Assembly (NCBI GenBank): GCA_900545495.1
Contig: UQZJ01000001.1
Coordinates: 22,727-86,726, forward strand
Direction: 5' to 3'
DNA: 64,000 nucleotides
Source of the DNA: an uncultured Eubacteriales bacterium
GTDB lineage: Bacteria > Bacillota > Clostridia > Oscillospirales > Oscillospiraceae
Both the position numbers and the translations under genes were made by a program. The stretch's first letter is position 1. Each line of letters starts with the position of its first letter. The notes beneath the pieces are model-generated. The model saw only the letters and a program-made list of their open reading frames with translations, was not told where the DNA came from and made no database searches. Positions 62,327-64,000 of this stretch are shown here, one piece after another.

Positions 62327-63697
62327 TTAGAAGAACAGACCCCAAGCCAGGAAGCCCAGGCAGGCCACCACGCCGGTGAACAGCAGGACGATCACCAGAT
62401 AGCCCATGATGTCGCGGGCAGACAGCTTGGCGATACCCAGAGCAGGCAACGCCCAGAACGGCTGGATCATGTTGGTCCACTGGTCGCCCCAGGCGATGGC
62501 CATGGCGGTACGACCGGCCTCGATACCCATCTCCGCGCCGCCGGGCATCATGATGGGACCCTGCACGGCCCACTGGCCGCCGCCGGAGGGGACGAAGAAG
62601 TTGACGATACCGGCTGCCAGGAAGGACAGCATGGGGAACGTCACGTTGTTGGAGATGCTTACGAAGAACTCGGAGATAACGCCTGCCAGAGACACGCCCT
62701 GGTCGTTGGCAGCCACCATCATGCCCATGATACCGGCATAGAACGGGAACTGCAGCAGGATACCGGCGGCGCCGGCAGCGGCTTCGCCGATGGCGTCCAC
62801 ATAGCGGCGCAGGTCGCCGTGGAGCAGCAGGCCCAGGAACAGGAAGATCATGTTCACGATGTTCAGACCCAGCGTAAAGCCGTTCTGCACGAAGTAGTAC
62901 ACGATGTAGATGAAGCCAAAGACCACGGTGATGAGCCACAGGCTCTTGGAGTGCTCCAGCTTCTCAGCGGGGGTATCCAGCTTGTACTCCTTCTCCGCCT
63001 CGTCCACCAGCAGAGCCGGGTCGACGGTGACGGTGCGGTCCTTGTCGGGGTGCATGGCATAGTTCACCAGAGGCATCACCAGCAGGATGGCACCGCACAT
63101 GATGAGGTTCATGGGATGGAACACGGTGGCGGTGATGGGTGCCTGATAGGTCACCTCACCGAAGGCCTTGCCGGCCACCAGATCCAGAGGGATGGAGCCG
63201 GACAGACCGGCGTGCCAGATCACGAAGCCGGAGTAGGCGGAGGCGATCAGCAGCGGGTAGTCCACGGTGGGCACGCGGCGCACGACCTCCTTGGCCAGCA
63301 GCGCGCCGATGACGAGACCGAAGCCCCAGTTCAGCCAGCAGCAGATGGTGGACACGAAGGTGGTGACCAGAATGGCCTGCTTCTCATCGTGGCACAGGCC
63401 GGCCACCGCGCGCAGCGCCTTCTTGCAGGGCTTGGCGGAGGCCATGGCGGAGCCGAATACCAGCACCAGAGCCATCTGCATGGAGAACGCCAGCAGATTC
63501 CAGAAGCCGCCCTTCTGATCGCCCCACTTGGCGATGATGTCGATGGGGCCCATGCCGGTGGCGCACATGGCACCGACAAACACCACGAGGGTCAGGATGA
63601 TGGCGAACAGGAATGCATCCGGCAGCCACCGGTTGACGACGCGCACGCAGCCATTGGTGAATTTCTTGAACACAACGTCACTCTCCTTAACATACAC
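62327..63697 (-). CDS. atoE: Short-chain fatty acid transporter (AtoE family)
   Basis: 456 aa polytopic membrane protein with the AtoE/TIGR00366-like conserved N-terminus MYVKESDVVFKKFTNGCVRVVNRWLPDAFLFAIILT. Confidence 0.85.
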   Translation of the reverse strand: MYVKESDVVFKKFTNGCVRVVNRWLPDAFLFAIILTLVVFVGAMCATGMGPIDIIAKWGDQKGGFWNLLAFSMQMALVLVFGSAMASAKPCKKALRAVAGLCHDEKQAILVTTFVSTICCWLNWGFGLVIGALLAKEVVRRVPTVDYPLLIASAYSGFVIWHAGLSGSIPLDLVAGKAFGEVTYQAPITATVFHPMNLIMCGAILLVMPLVNYAMHPDKDRTVTVDPALLVDEAEKEYKLDTPAEKLEHSKSLWLITVVFGFIYIVYYFVQNGFTLGLNIVNMIFLFLGLLLHGDLRRYVDAIGEAAAGAAGILLQFPFYAGIMGMMVAANDQGVSLAGVISEFFVSISNNVTFPMLSFLAAGIVNFFVPSGGGQWAVQGPIMMPGGAEMGIEAGRTAMAIAWGDQWTNMIQPFWALPALGIAKLSARDIMGYLVIVLLFTGVVACLGFLAWGLFF

Positions 63698-63882
63698 ATT
63701 TTTTCTGCGGATACCGGTCCGGCCTTCCCGCCGGAGCTTCCGATATACCGTATGAAAACAGTTTACTACGTTAAGAAATTAACTGCAACCCCTAAAACGG
63801 ATTTTGTTAAATTTTTAATGAACTCCCATCTGTAAGAAGTCTACGTTATGCCAAAAATTGTGTAGAACGTACAAAAAAATTC

Positions 63883-63920
63883 AGGGAGGCAACGTCTCCG
63901 TTGTCTCCCTGTTTTTCGCT
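63883..63920. terminator. Bidirectional terminator in low-GC intergenic region
   Basis: AAAAAAATT-CAGGGAGGCAACG-tctcc-GTTGTCTCCCTG-TTTTTCG. Confidence 0.7.
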
Positions 63921-63929
63921 TGCGTACAT

Positions 63930-64000
63930 TATTGCCACGAATTGTCCGTCCCGCCGAAGGGATCGTTGGGGCGGAAGGTATCGTCATGGGGCGGCGTGTT
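63930..64000 (-). CDS. 3' end of an unidentified minus-strand CDS running off the window (...TPPHDDTFRPNDPFGGTDNSWQ*)
   Basis: Open minus-strand frame from the window edge to a TAA at 63930-63932, directly followed by the bidirectional terminator. Confidence 0.3.

Noticed and set aside
62819-63835. 338-aa plus ORF
   Set aside because: Antisense to atoE.

Overview
This 64 kb window is high-GC (about 63-65%) chromosomal DNA from a spore-forming, anaerobic Firmicutes/Clostridia-type gut bacterium. The lineage call rests on these genes seen in the window: yabO-yabP-yabQ-divIC, a spoVB/yabM-like flippase, hpf, sepF-divIVA, pyruvate:ferredoxin oxidoreductase (PFOR), hfq, a bile-salt hydrolase-family gene and a short-chain fatty acid transporter. 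Gene density is high on both strands.

Most of the window is conserved housekeeping:
- an NMT1/Ssu-type ABC transporter divergent from cysK
- pyk, proC, PFOR, comM/yifB, thiI, cinA
- a T-box-controlled ileS
- rluD-lspA
- miaB-mutS-mutL-miaA-hfq
- yggS-sepF-divIVA
- hpf
- mazG, relA-dtd, recJ, atoE

Non-housekeeping content falls into four areas:
1. A translationally coupled MoxR-type AAA+ ATPase / VWA-domain pair at 885-3504.
2. A cell-surface block at 4.6-10.6 kb. It contains a cadherin-like type I membrane protein with a (Pro-Glu)6 linker and an Arg/Asp/His-rich tail, a dockerin-bearing multidomain secreted protein with a GH46/lysozyme-like N-terminal domain, and a membrane-anchored DUF4015 glycoside-hydrolase-like protein. 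Low-GC DNA separates the last two.
3. A 28-codon, 4-Cys mini-ORF with a strong Shine-Dalgarno sequence in the leader of cysK.
4. The best candidate for an undescribed system, at 47471-49984. A radical SAM/SPASM enzyme with an N-terminal PqqD-like RRE domain has its own consensus promoter and is translationally coupled to a DUF2207-like membrane protein. The cytoplasmic C-terminus of that membrane protein ends in a (Cys-Ala)n tail, HCACASSCACACACACA, encoded by an in-frame hexanucleotide repeat. This looks like a protein-tethered RiPP-like maturation system.

No rRNA, tRNA, CRISPR array or obvious mobile element was seen. Many long ORFs in the six-frame track are antisense artefacts of high-GC coding DNA.
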